A stretch of DNA of 64,000 nucleotides from an uncultured Mageeibacillus sp. (lineage in GTDB: Bacteria; Bacillota; Clostridia; Saccharofermentanales; DTU023), in NCBI GenBank assembly GCA_964606165.1, contig CAZSFQ010000008.1, positions 719 to 64,718 of the forward strand, read 5' to 3'. Under the pieces are notes generated by a model, which was not told the origin of the DNA, ran no database searches, and saw only the letters and a list, made by a program, of their open reading frames with translations. Within the stretch, counting starts at the first letter, position 1, and each line of letters starts with the position of its first letter. The translations under genes were made by a program, and so were the position numbers. Shown one piece after another: positions 19,341 through 28,076 of this stretch.

Positions 19341-19792
19341 GATTCCAGCAGGTTTTTAATCACCTCTCGGGCCAGACCAGCCGGATAGCCGCGCCGCGTC
19401 AGGAGTTTCATCAAGTCCATCTCCTGGTCCGGCGAAGGGTCGGAACAGACCTGCTGACAAAGCCGCGCTGCCGTGTCACGGTCCTCGTCAAGGCGCAGAA
19501 CAAAAGCTTCCGCCACCCTGGGTTCGATTCCGTTTTGGATGAGCACACCGACCATACTGCGCCGCGATCTGGTTTTCCGCCCGCGGTAGCGGGCCGCGAC
19601 CGCGGCTGCCGCCCGTTCGTCGTTAATATAATCGATCCCGATGAAATAGGCGACGACTTGCTCAGCGGTTTTTGGATCAACTCCCTTGCGCAGGAGATTT
19701 CGCCTGACGCGGCCGGACGACTTCGCGTGATCGATCCCTATGAAGGCCGCCGCTTTTTTTCGTGCTTCCTCAAAGATTTCCGACTGGCTCAT
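19337..19792 (-). CDS. recX: RecA regulator RecX
   Basis: 151 aa of helical repeats ([18 protein letters not shown]..., [15 protein letters not shown]..., [16 protein letters not shown]). ATGA-coupled to recA. Confidence 0.7.
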   Translation of the reverse strand: MSQSEIFEEARKKAAAFIGIDHAKSSGRVRRNLLRKGVDPKTAEQVVAYFIGIDYINDERAAAAVAARYRGRKTRSRRSMVGVLIQNGIEPRVAEAFVLRLDEDRDTAARLCQQVCSDPSPDQEMDLMKLLTRRGYPAGLAREVIKNLLES

Positions 19793-20919
19793 AAATCCAG
19801 CCCGAGCATGGCGTCAACGTCGGCATCAAGCAGATCGCCGGCTTCATGATCCGGCTGTCCGGAATCAACGCTTTGGCGGCCGGAGTCATCCAGGTAGTAG
19901 CCGCGGACCTCCTTCTCGATCTCTTCATAGAGTTCACGATTGCCTTCCTCTTCCAGGAAAGCACGCACGTTGTCACGCCCCTGTCCCAATCTTTGGTCTT
20001 TGTAGGAAAACCAGGATCCGCTTTTTTTAATAATGTCCGCGTCAACGCCCATGTCGAGGATACATCCGGTTTGTGAGATTCCGCGGCCATAAAGAATGTC
20101 GAACTCCGCTTCATGGAAGGGAGGCGCCACCTTATTTTTGACCACCTTGGCCCGTGTCCGCGATCCGACCAGCTTGTCCCCCATCTCGATCTTGCCGATG
20201 CGGCGGATGTCCAGTCTGACGCTGGCATAGAACTTAAGCGCCCGGCCCCCCGTCGTCGTCTCGGGGCTGCCGAACATAACACCGATCTTTTCACGCAACT
20301 GATTGATGAAGATCACCATGGTGCGGCTTTTATTAATGACCGCCGCCAATTTTCTCAGAGCCTGCGACATCAAACGGGCCTGGAGGCCGACAACGGCGTC
20401 TCCCATTTCCCCGTCAATCTCAGCGCGCGGCACAAGGGCGGCGACGGAATCGATCACGATGACATCGACGGCGCCCGACCGTGCAAGGGCTTCGGCGATT
20501 TCAAGCGCCTGCTCGCCGTAATCGGGTTGGGAGACAATCAGGTTTTCAATATCGACACCGAGATTTGCGGCATAAGACGGATCAAGTGAATGCTCCGCGT
20601 CAATGAAGGCGGCGATGCCGCCCAGTTTCTGGGCTTCGGCGATGCTGTGGAGCGCCACCGTGGTTTTTCCCGATGATTCAGGTCCGTAAACCTCAATCAC
20701 CCTCCCGCGCGGCAAACCGCCGATACCCAGCGCCACATCCAGAGAAAGCGCCCCGGTCGGGATCGATTCCACTTCCATGACTTCCGTGTCGCCCAGAGTC
20801 AAGACGGCTCCCTTGCCGAAATCCTTCTCGATCCGGTCAAGAGCCGCTTTCAACGCGACCTGACGATCTTTATCTTCTCTTGGCTTAATATCCTGTTTTG
20901 ATTTGGCTCCCTTGGCCAT
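19789..20919 (-). CDS. recA: recombinase RecA
   Basis: [14 protein letters not shown], Walker [10 protein letters not shown] and [25 protein letters not shown] 20919 is preceded by GGGAGG. It has an acidic C-terminal tail. Confidence 0.97.
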   Translation of the reverse strand: MAKGAKSKQDIKPREDKDRQVALKAALDRIEKDFGKGAVLTLGDTEVMEVESIPTGALSLDVALGIGGLPRGRVIEVYGPESSGKTTVALHSIAEAQKLGGIAAFIDAEHSLDPSYAANLGVDIENLIVSQPDYGEQALEIAEALARSGAVDVIVIDSVAALVPRAEIDGEMGDAVVGLQARLMSQALRKLAAVINKSRTMVIFINQLREKIGVMFGSPETTTGGRALKFYASVRLDIRRIGKIEMGDKLVGSRTRAKVVKNKVAPPFHEAEFDILYGRGISQTGCILDMGVDADIIKKSGSWFSYKDQRLGQGRDNVRAFLEEEGNRELYEEIEKEVRGYYLDDSGRQSVDSGQPDHEAGDLLDADVDAMLGLDL

Positions 20920-20964
20920 GGCAACCTCCCGCTGATTATGATTCAAATTTCTGTCTGACAGTTC

Positions 20965-20978
20965 AGAACTTTTGTTCC
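20965..20978. promoter_or_regulatory. LexA/DinR (Cheo-type) SOS box upstream of recA
   Basis: AGAACTTTTGTTCC contains the GAAC-N4-GTTC palindrome. It lies 46-59 nt upstream of the recA ATG and just downstream of the -10. Confidence 0.7.
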
Positions 20979-20993
20979 TTCTCGATTAATTCC

Positions 20994-21022
20994 ATCTTAC
21001 CGAAAGTGTCCGGCCGCGTCAA
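20994..21022 (-). promoter_or_regulatory. recA promoter
   Basis: The minus strand reads TTGACG-N17-TAAGAT (-35 at 21017-21022, -10 at 20994-20999). Confidence 0.65.
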
Positions 21023-21081
21023 TCGGATTGCCATTCCGGGTCTGCTTTTGATCGCCTTTTTGACCCGGCCCGTCCCTCCGG

Positions 21082-22707
21082 TCACGAATGGGCAGGAGAC
21101 AGCTTCAGGAAGCGGCGGATCATACCCTGCAAATCCTTTGACTCACGGAAATTGATGGCAATTCCCGTCAGATAGTAAGTCACCATAGCCAGAATGGCCT
21201 TGATGGCGTAAAAGATTAGCTGCATCAGCTTGTTGGCCGGTTCAAGGGGCAGGGTATTCAGGCCCAGGATGACGATGACCGTTGTCGCTGAACACAGTGC
21301 CAGTCGGAGATAAAAAGGAAACATCCGGTAAGGTCTGGCCCTTTTTATGTGAAGGCGATAAAGTGTGGCGATCATGACCATATTGATGGCGCTGTTCACG
21401 ATGTAGGCGAGCGGCAGACCGTAAATCCCCAAGTCAAGCACCTGGGTGAACAAGACACAGAAGAGAGGATTGAGCACCAGTGAGATAAGCGATGTCACAA
21501 GCGAGACGCGGGTCATGTGACGGGCGTAAAATGCCTGGTTGGCCACCTCATAGAAGGTCAAAAAGAAGATGGCCGGGCTGTAAAGGCGAAGCAGGCTCCC
21601 TTCAATGAGAAGATTCTCGAGGGGTATGGCGCCGCCCCATTGAAAGACCGCTTCAACTGTCTCTTCCGCCATGACCGCGAAAATAAGGATGAAGGGGGTG
21701 ACATAATAAAGCGCCCGGCGAAGCGATTCGGTGTAGATCTTTCTCATGTCTTCGTAACGCCGGTTTGCAAAGGCCCGTGTCAGGTTGGGTGACATGACGC
21801 TTGCGACCGCGAGCGCGAAGATTCCGTAAGGCAGTTTCCACATGGTCTGGGCGTGGCGCAGCGAGGTCACGGCCCCGGTAAACTGGTTGGCAAAAGCGGT
21901 TTGAATAATGGAGTTGAGCTGGATTGCCGTACCCGAAATCAAAGTGGGGACCGCAAGCCGGATCAGGTGGCGGTAGCCCCGGTCCTGCAAATCGATGAGC
22001 GGCTTGTAGTGAATGACACGCCTGGCCATGAAAGCCAGGTAGAAGAAATTGACGGCTGCTGAGATCACGACGCCGAGCGCGACCTTGGAAGGGGCTCCCG
22101 GGCTTTGATCACCCCAGCGGACCATGAAGAAGATGCAGACAAGGTTGTAAAGGGTTGTCGTAAAAGCAGCCCGCTGAAAAAGTTTGTGCCCGTTCAGGAC
22201 ACCCACGCACATGCCGGCCAGGAAGAGGAAGATGGTCTGGGGAAAGAGCATCCGGGCCACGGCGGTGGCGCGCTCGATAATGGCGGCATCCTTGTTGGGG
22301 TTGTAAACACTTATGATAGGTCCCGCAAATATCTCTCCCAGCAAAATAGCGATCAAAAAAGCGATCAGGAAGACATTGATCAGGGTGCTGAGACTTCGCC
22401 AAAGCTTCCTCTCCTCATCCCGGGCCAGGGCCGAGGATACGGCCGGCGTGACCGCCGCGGCGAAAGTACCGCCAACGAGGAGCTGATAAAAGAGGTCCGG
22501 GATCTGGAATCCGATGAAATAGGCATCTGTATTGACACCGTAACCGAAAGTCGGCGCGATCAGAATCTCTCTCGCGAATCCTGTCAGCTTGGCGGTCGCA
22601 AGTGAAAACATAAGGAGGGCCGTTGCCCTTCCTGAAGATAAAACACGCATGCCGGCCTTTCTCGGATCCGTTAAAAGCCGGCCGTATTCTTCCCTGCGCC
22701 TCCTCAT
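21082..22707 (-). CDS. murJ: lipid II flippase MurJ/MviN
   Basis: 541 aa, polytopic. The N-terminus SLATAKLTGFAREILIAPTFGYGVNTDAYFIGFQIPDLFYQLLVGG is typical of MurJ. Confidence 0.88.
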   Translation of the reverse strand: MRRRREEYGRLLTDPRKAGMRVLSSGRATALLMFSLATAKLTGFAREILIAPTFGYGVNTDAYFIGFQIPDLFYQLLVGGTFAAAVTPAVSSALARDEERKLWRSLSTLINVFLIAFLIAILLGEIFAGPIISVYNPNKDAAIIERATAVARMLFPQTIFLFLAGMCVGVLNGHKLFQRAAFTTTLYNLVCIFFMVRWGDQSPGAPSKVALGVVISAAVNFFYLAFMARRVIHYKPLIDLQDRGYRHLIRLAVPTLISGTAIQLNSIIQTAFANQFTGAVTSLRHAQTMWKLPYGIFALAVASVMSPNLTRAFANRRYEDMRKIYTESLRRALYYVTPFILIFAVMAEETVEAVFQWGGAIPLENLLIEGSLLRLYSPAIFFLTFYEVANQAFYARHMTRVSLVTSLISLVLNPLFCVLFTQVLDLGIYGLPLAYIVNSAINMVMIATLYRLHIKRARPYRMFPFYLRLALCSATTVIVILGLNTLPLEPANKLMQLIFYAIKAILAMVTYYLTGIAINFRESKDLQGMIRRFLKLSPAHS

Positions 22708-23975
22708 AAGCCGAGCAGCAGCCTCCGCAGAAGATCATAACCGCTGTAAACAGCACGTGTACGTACCCGGAAGCGGTCTCCCGTAAAATGGTATTTCCTG
22801 GCCACCGTCGTTTTTCCTGCCCGGGCGCAGGCAATCCAAACTGTCCCGGCCGGAGTCTCAGCGGTTCCGCCGCCCGGCCCGGCAATCCCTGTATAGGACA
22901 GGGCAAGATCCGCTCCCGTCCTGGCCAGGCAGCCTTCGGCCATGGCAATGGCGGCGGGACAGCTGACTGCCCCTGCGGATGACAGAAGCTTGAAGGGTAC
23001 TCCCAGCAGACGGTGCTTCATTTCGTCATTGTAGGTAACCATCCCGCCCAGTAAAGACGCAGAGGAACCAGGAATATCCGCCATGGTTGAAAGAGCCATA
23101 CCCGCCGTTAAGGACTCGGCAAAGGCGATGGTCAAGCGCTTTTCGACCAGAAGATCCAAGAGGACAAGCTCCAGCGGACGGGGGCCGATTTCAAAAACAC
23201 AGGAACCGAACCTCTCCTCCAATTCCCCGACCAGCGCTTGCGTGAGATCTGTGGCATCGCCTTGCTCCCGGCGCTGGGATACCCGGATCACAACCTCCTT
23301 CAAGGAGGCATAAGGGGCGATGGTTACCTCCTTTTGGTTTTCCAGCAAATCCTTGATTCTTTCTTCCGCTTTCGATTCTCCGATGCCGAACAAGCGGACA
23401 TAGCGGTGGATGAAATGATAATGACTGTAATTCTCCAAAAAGGGCCGGACGGAAGCAAGAAACATTGGCTCCATCTCATCGGGCGGTCCGGGCAGGATCA
23501 AAATAGCCTTTTTATTGCCATGTACTTGAATGAAAAGGAAAGAACCGGGCGCAGTTCCCCATTCATTTTTGAAAACGACCGACCCTTGTGGAACCAGGGG
23601 GTAAGAGGCAAAATCTTCAGGCGGCCGGTCAGGATACCGTCTCCGGAGCTCATCCTCCACGGCCCTATCTTTGACAAGGGGAAGACCGGCCAGGGCCGCG
23701 ACCACCTCTGTGGTCACATCGTCGGCGGTCGGTCCCAGCCCTCCTGTTGTGACAACCAGGTCATTTTCGGCCAGGGCCGAGCGGATCGCTTTTTCCAGGC
23801 GTTGCGGGTTGTCTCCGACGACGGTGTGGCGGTAGGTGGAAATACCCAGTTCAGCCAGCTGGCGGGACAGGAAGCAGGCATTGGTATCAAGGGTTTGTCC
23901 CAGCAAAAGCTCAGTGCCAACCGAGATCACTTCAGCTGAATCTGCTTGAAAAGACATCTCACGCAAAACCGTCAT
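22704..23975 (-). CDS. cinA: competence/damage-inducible protein CinA (MoCF-binding domain + PncC NMN deamidase domain)
   Basis: VISVGTELLLGQTLDTNACFLSRQL. The C-terminal ESLTAGMALSTM...YTGIAGPGGG is PncC-like. I prefer ATG 23975 (AGGAAG upstream), which avoids overlap with ftsK. Confidence 0.9.
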   Translation of the reverse strand: MTVLREMSFQADSAEVISVGTELLLGQTLDTNACFLSRQLAELGISTYRHTVVGDNPQRLEKAIRSALAENDLVVTTGGLGPTADDVTTEVVAALAGLPLVKDRAVEDELRRRYPDRPPEDFASYPLVPQGSVVFKNEWGTAPGSFLFIQVHGNKKAILILPGPPDEMEPMFLASVRPFLENYSHYHFIHRYVRLFGIGESKAEERIKDLLENQKEVTIAPYASLKEVVIRVSQRREQGDATDLTQALVGELEERFGSCVFEIGPRPLELVLLDLLVEKRLTIAFAESLTAGMALSTMADIPGSSASLLGGMVTYNDEMKHRLLGVPFKLLSSAGAVSCPAAIAMAEGCLARTGADLALSYTGIAGPGGGTAETPAGTVWIACARAGKTTVARKYHFTGDRFRVRTRAVYSGYDLLRRLLLGL

Positions 23976-23982
23976 GGTCTTC

Positions 23983-26562
23983 CTAGCCAAAATCTTCCGG
24001 TGAAAGGCGCTCGTATTGATCTCGCGTGATGAGCAGCTTTCTCGGTTTGCTGCCCTCGAAAGGCCCGACATAACCGAGTTCGCTCAGGCGGTCAACCAGT
24101 CTTGCCGCCCGGGGATAGCCGATCTGAAGCTTTCGCTGTAAAAGGGAAACCGCGGCGTAGTCGGCCTCCACAACCACCCGCAGCGCCTCCATCAACAACT
24201 CATCCTCCCCGTCTTCCGAAAGGGAGGACTTATCCTCGACATCTGGATTTTCGATGGCGTCGGCCACCTTTTCGTCATAGTCTTCCGGATAATAACTCTT
24301 GATATAGGCCAGTATCCGTTCAACTTCCCTGTTGCTGACGAAGGCCCCCTGTCCCCTGACTGCCTTGATTGAACCGAGCGGAAAATAGAGCATGTCTCCC
24401 CTGCCCAGCAATTTTTCGGCGCCGCCTGAATCGATGATGGTCCGTGAATCGACCTGGGAGGCGACAGCAAAGGCAATCCGCGAGGGAATGTTGGCCTTGA
24501 TGACGCCGGTGATGACATCAACCGAAGGGCGTTGTGTCGCGATAATGACGTGGATGCCCACCGCCCTGGCTTTTGCCATCAGTCTTGATATGGCACTTTC
24601 AACCTGGTGCTGGGTAATGGCCATCAAGTCAGCCAGTTCGTCAATCACGATCAGGATATTGGGTATAGCCTCTTCCTGGTCATCCGACTTCCTGCTACGG
24701 CGTACCGCATCATTGTAAGACGTGATATCGCGTACTTTCTTGTCGGCGAAAAGGCGGTAGCGCCTTTCCATCTCGGCACAGGCGTAGTTAAGGACGCCAT
24801 AGGCTTTTTCCGGGTTGGTCACAACGGGTTGGAGCAGATGGGGAATCCCATTGTAAACATTGAGTTCCACGATTTTGGGGTCGATCATCAACATGCGGAC
24901 ATCTTTTGGAGACGAGCGGTAAAGAATGCTGACAAGGATGGAATTGATGCACACCGACTTGCCCGAACCGGTTGCCCCCGCGATCAAAAGATGGGGCATC
25001 TTAGCCAGATCACACAGGATGGCCTCACCGCCCACATCACGGCCCAGGGCTGCGACAAGCGGACCGCGCGCCTGTTTGAACTCTCTTGACTCAAGCAGGC
25101 TTCTTAAGAGTACGGGACTCATCTTTTTGTTGGGGATCTCTATTCCGATGGCTGCCTTGCCCGGGATGGGCGCTTCGATACGGACGCCCATGGCCGCCAG
25201 GCTGAGCGCGATGTCATCTGAAAGGTTGACGATCCTGCTCACCTTGATCCCCGGTCCGGGCGCTAATTCGAAACGCGTGATGGTGGGGCCGGTTGTGTAA
25301 TTGACGATATGGGCGTCCACACCGAAATTGTCCAGTGTTTCCTCAAGTTTGCGCCCCAGTTCGCGGATCTCCCGGATCTCCTGCGGCGTCTTTTTCATGC
25401 CGCTGTCCTCTTTCAGAAGTGTGAGGGGGGGCGGCCGGTATTCAGATAAGACACTCAGCTGTTCAGCACGGTAGCGCTTAACCGGTTTTCTGCGGCTGCC
25501 TGCCGAAGGATCAGCTGCCTGCAGGGCTTCAGGCGGCCTCATGGCCAGCTCCCGGGACTCCGCGCCTTCCCGGGCCTCCTCCTGTTTCAGGTCCTGTAGC
25601 GGAGGAAGAGGTGCCGTCGATGGGGGGGTAAAGAGGTAAGGGACACCTTGCAAGGGCATACGTGGCTTGACCTCACCGTCAGCTGACTGGTATCCGGGCG
25701 GTGGTTTATGAAACTGGATTCTCCCGCTTACATGTCCCGACTCGGTCTCAGCGGGCGGATAAAGTGTGTTCCAGCCTGGAGGTCCTGTAATCGCCGGAAT
25801 AGGCGGTTCAAGGAGAGGTTCAGCTTCCTCCTCCGTAACAGCCTGCGGCCTGCGTTTGAAGAGTCTGGCAAAAATACCCTGCCGCTCTTCTTCCTCCTCC
25901 AGACTTTCTTCCTCTTCTCCATCCGTTTCAGCAGGGAGACCGGGATCCTCATCGCGAATTAAAGCGGGCCAGCCGGCCATCCGGGAGGGTGACAGGCCAA
26001 AGGCGAAGACAAGAACTGTAACAAGGAGGGCAAAAAGGATGATCAGGGCGCCTGTCAATCCTGCGACACGTTCCAGGGAATTGGCAACCAGTCCTCCTGC
26101 CAGGCCGCCGCTCCAGTGATTACCTGTCTGGATTGCCTGGGGGAAGCGGCCAAAGTTCCAAAGTTCACGGATCAGGCGGAATCCGGCAATTTCACCAGGA
26201 GCCACAGATCCGATCACTTTCATAAGCTGCCCGTAAGGTAAAACGAAGAGTGAAATCAGTGAGGTGGCGATCAGGTAGATTAAAAAGAGCGCGCCAGCCT
26301 GCTTGGCAGTGACTGCTGCCAGGCGCTGGAGAAAAAACATGAGGGAAAAAACCAAAAGAATGACCGGCAGAATCAAGGCGGCCGTACCGAAAAGGCCGGA
26401 ATTGACAGTGGAGAGCGCACGGCCGAGCCAGCCTGTCCAGGATGCCGGAGCGTATAAGGCAAAGGCCATGAGCAGGGACAGGGCCAGAAACAAGGTCCCC
26501 AAAATATCCCGCTGCTGGCGCCTGGTCAGCATCTTATCCGCTTGTCCTTTTGATTCCGGCAT
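23983..26562 (-). CDS. ftsK: DNA translocase FtsK/SpoIIIE
   Basis: N-terminal TM helices, a Pro/Glu-rich linker, Walker A GATGSGKSVCIN, and a C-terminal gamma wHTH (LLQRKLQIGYPRAARL). Confidence 0.96.
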   Translation of the reverse strand: MPESKGQADKMLTRRQQRDILGTLFLALSLLMAFALYAPASWTGWLGRALSTVNSGLFGTAALILPVILLVFSLMFFLQRLAAVTAKQAGALFLIYLIATSLISLFVLPYGQLMKVIGSVAPGEIAGFRLIRELWNFGRFPQAIQTGNHWSGGLAGGLVANSLERVAGLTGALIILFALLVTVLVFAFGLSPSRMAGWPALIRDEDPGLPAETDGEEEESLEEEEERQGIFARLFKRRPQAVTEEEAEPLLEPPIPAITGPPGWNTLYPPAETESGHVSGRIQFHKPPPGYQSADGEVKPRMPLQGVPYLFTPPSTAPLPPLQDLKQEEAREGAESRELAMRPPEALQAADPSAGSRRKPVKRYRAEQLSVLSEYRPPPLTLLKEDSGMKKTPQEIREIRELGRKLEETLDNFGVDAHIVNYTTGPTITRFELAPGPGIKVSRIVNLSDDIALSLAAMGVRIEAPIPGKAAIGIEIPNKKMSPVLLRSLLESREFKQARGPLVAALGRDVGGEAILCDLAKMPHLLIAGATGSGKSVCINSILVSILYRSSPKDVRMLMIDPKIVELNVYNGIPHLLQPVVTNPEKAYGVLNYACAEMERRYRLFADKKVRDITSYNDAVRRSRKSDDQEEAIPNILIVIDELADLMAITQHQVESAISRLMAKARAVGIHVIIATQRPSVDVITGVIKANIPSRIAFAVASQVDSRTIIDSGGAEKLLGRGDMLYFPLGSIKAVRGQGAFVSNREVERILAYIKSYYPEDYDEKVADAIENPDVEDKSSLSEDGEDELLMEALRVVVEADYAAVSLLQRKLQIGYPRAARLVDRLSELGYVGPFEGSKPRKLLITRDQYERLSPEDFG

Positions 26563-26569
26563 GGTGCTG

Positions 26570-27235
26570 CTACCTCAACAGGCCTGTGGCAAGGGCAGTC
26601 AGGAGAATGCCCAGACATGTTTTCCCATCAGTAAGGATCCCGTCCCTGATCTCATCGAGCGCCGTTTCGAGGCGGATACGCTCACAGGAGATAAACTCGC
26701 CTTCGTCCGGGCTGGCAGGACCTTTCATCAATTCGCGGGCCAGATAGATATGAATGACTTCATCTGTATAGCCCGGTGAGGGGTAAAATCGGATTAAAAG
26801 ATCCCACCGGTCAGCAGTCAAACCGGTCTCTTCAGCCAATTCCCTTCGCGCGCAGGTCAAGGCATCTTCGGGCGGATCCAGCTTGCCTGCGGGAATCTCA
26901 CGCGACGGGCCGCCGGTCCCCACCCTGTACTGATGAACCAGATAAATGGATCCGGCCTCATCAAGGGCGACCACGCAGGAACCGCCGGGGTGCCGGACCA
27001 CTTCGCGGGTCGTATGCCTTCCGTCAGGCAACTGGACTTTCTGAACTTCCACTGAAAAGATCCGTCCGATAAAGCGCGGATCAACGCCAAGTACTTCCTC
27101 TGACAAAAGAGGCTCAGCCGCGCAGTGTGGCAGCTTTTTCCTGTCTGCGCCCTTATTCGCTTCCTCAGGCAAAACACGGGGCGCACGGACATCAGGTATG
27201 CGTTTCCAGCTGTTTTTATCCGGCTCCTGACTCAT
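26570..27235 (-). CDS. NUDIX hydrolase (ADP-ribose pyrophosphatase-like)
   Basis: Nudix box GKLDPPEDALTCARRELAEETGL. Confidence 0.85.
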   Translation of the reverse strand: MSQEPDKNSWKRIPDVRAPRVLPEEANKGADRKKLPHCAAEPLLSEEVLGVDPRFIGRIFSVEVQKVQLPDGRHTTREVVRHPGGSCVVALDEAGSIYLVHQYRVGTGGPSREIPAGKLDPPEDALTCARRELAEETGLTADRWDLLIRFYPSPGYTDEVIHIYLARELMKGPASPDEGEFISCERIRLETALDEIRDGILTDGKTCLGILLTALATGLLR

Positions 27236-27253
27236 CCTGCCTGATCCTCCGCT

Positions 27254-27745
27254 TCAGTTCCCTGTCGTATTTCGAAGTATTTCATTGACCGCCATTTTAT
27301 CACAGCGATTGTTGTATTCATTGTCAGAATGACCTTTGACCTTGTGCCAGCTGATATCGTGGCGGAGGTGCTCCTCCCAGAGCGACTCCCATAAATCCTG
27401 GTTGGCGACAGGCATTTTGGCGGCATTTTTCCATCCCCTCTGCCGCCAGTTTTCAATCCATCGCTCGTTAAAGGCAGAAACCAGGTAAGCGCTGTCACTG
27501 TATAAATCGACACGGCATGGCCGCTTAAGCGATTGCAGAGCCTTGAGCGCCGCAGTCAGTTCCATGCGGTTGTTGGTTGTGTCTGGGTGGTAACCGGAAA
27601 TTTCTTTTTCGACATCCATGGCGCGGACAATGGCGGCCCAGCCGCCGGGGCCGGGATTGCCCGAGCAGGCGCCGTCGGTGTGGATAATGACCTTGGTAAG
27701 CGGTTGTCTCTTATGTTTTTGAACATTCATGCCTTGATTATACAT
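27254..27745 (-). CDS. rnhA: ribonuclease HI
   Basis: HTDGACSGNPGPGGWAA, TNNRMELTAA and KVKGHSDNEYNNRCD. The start is ATG 27745 or 27730. The track ORF start (27856) runs into tRNA-Pro and is rejected. Confidence 0.9.
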   Translation of the reverse strand: MYNQGMNVQKHKRQPLTKVIIHTDGACSGNPGPGGWAAIVRAMDVEKEISGYHPDTTNNRMELTAALKALQSLKRPCRVDLYSDSAYLVSAFNERWIENWRQRGWKNAAKMPVANQDLWESLWEEHLRHDISWHKVKGHSDNEYNNRCDKMAVNEILRNTTGN

Positions 27746-27807
27746 GAGGGCCCGGGCATTCAGCCTGACAAAAAGGGACTGCTCCTGACGAAGCAGCCCC
27801 TTTTCCA

Positions 27808-27884
27808 TGGTCGGAGTGACAAGACTTGAACTTGCGACCTCTTGCACCCCAAGCAAGCACTCTAGCCACCTGAGCTACACCCCG
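27808..27884 (-). tRNA. tRNA-Pro (anticodon GGG), CCA encoded
   Basis: The reverse complement is CGGGGTGTAGCTCAGGTGGCTAGAGTGCTTGCTTGGGGTGCAAGAGGTCGCAAGTTCAAGTCTTGTCACTCCGACCA. The cloverleaf was folded by hand, with anticodon loop TTGGGGT. Confidence 0.9.
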
Positions 27885-27927
27885 ATCTTGTGTGGAGAAC
27901 CCCGGCTTGGCAGCCGGGGCCCTCATC

Positions 27928-28002
27928 TGGCAGGGGAGACAGGATTCGAACCCGCAACCCACGGTTTTGGAGACCGTTGCTCTACCATTGAGCCACTCCC
28001 CT
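27928..28002 (-). tRNA. tRNA-Trp (anticodon CCA), CCA encoded
   Basis: The reverse complement is AGGGGAGTGGCTCAATGGTAGAGCAACGGTCTCCAAAACCGTGGGTTGCGGGTTCGAATCCTGTCTCCCCTGCCA, with anticodon loop CTCCAAA. Confidence 0.9.
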
Positions 28003-28037
28003 ATCAGGTGACGCCTAAGCGCCACCGGACGGCGTTC

Positions 28038-28067
28038 ATCATAGCAAAGGGATGAAAGCCGTGTCAA
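28038..28067 (-). promoter_or_regulatory. promoter for the tRNA-Trp/tRNA-Pro pair
   Basis: The minus strand reads TTGACA-N18-TATGAT (-35 at 28062-28067, -10 at 28038-28043), about 30 nt upstream of tRNA-Trp. Confidence 0.65.
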
Positions 28068-28076
28068 TCGACCTGT

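Noticed and set aside
27746-27856. The N-terminal extension of the rnhA ORF given in the track (start 27856).
   Set aside because: It would run into the tRNA-Pro gene (27808-27884), and the RNase H fold starts at …KVIIHTDGAC. Internal ATGs at 27745 or 27730 fit better.
27885-27927. The hairpin CCCCGGC-TTGGCA-GCCGGGG between tRNA-Trp and tRNA-Pro, considered as a terminator.
   Set aside because: No U-tract follows it on the minus strand (TTCTCCACACAAG). It is more likely a processing spacer within a two-tRNA transcript.
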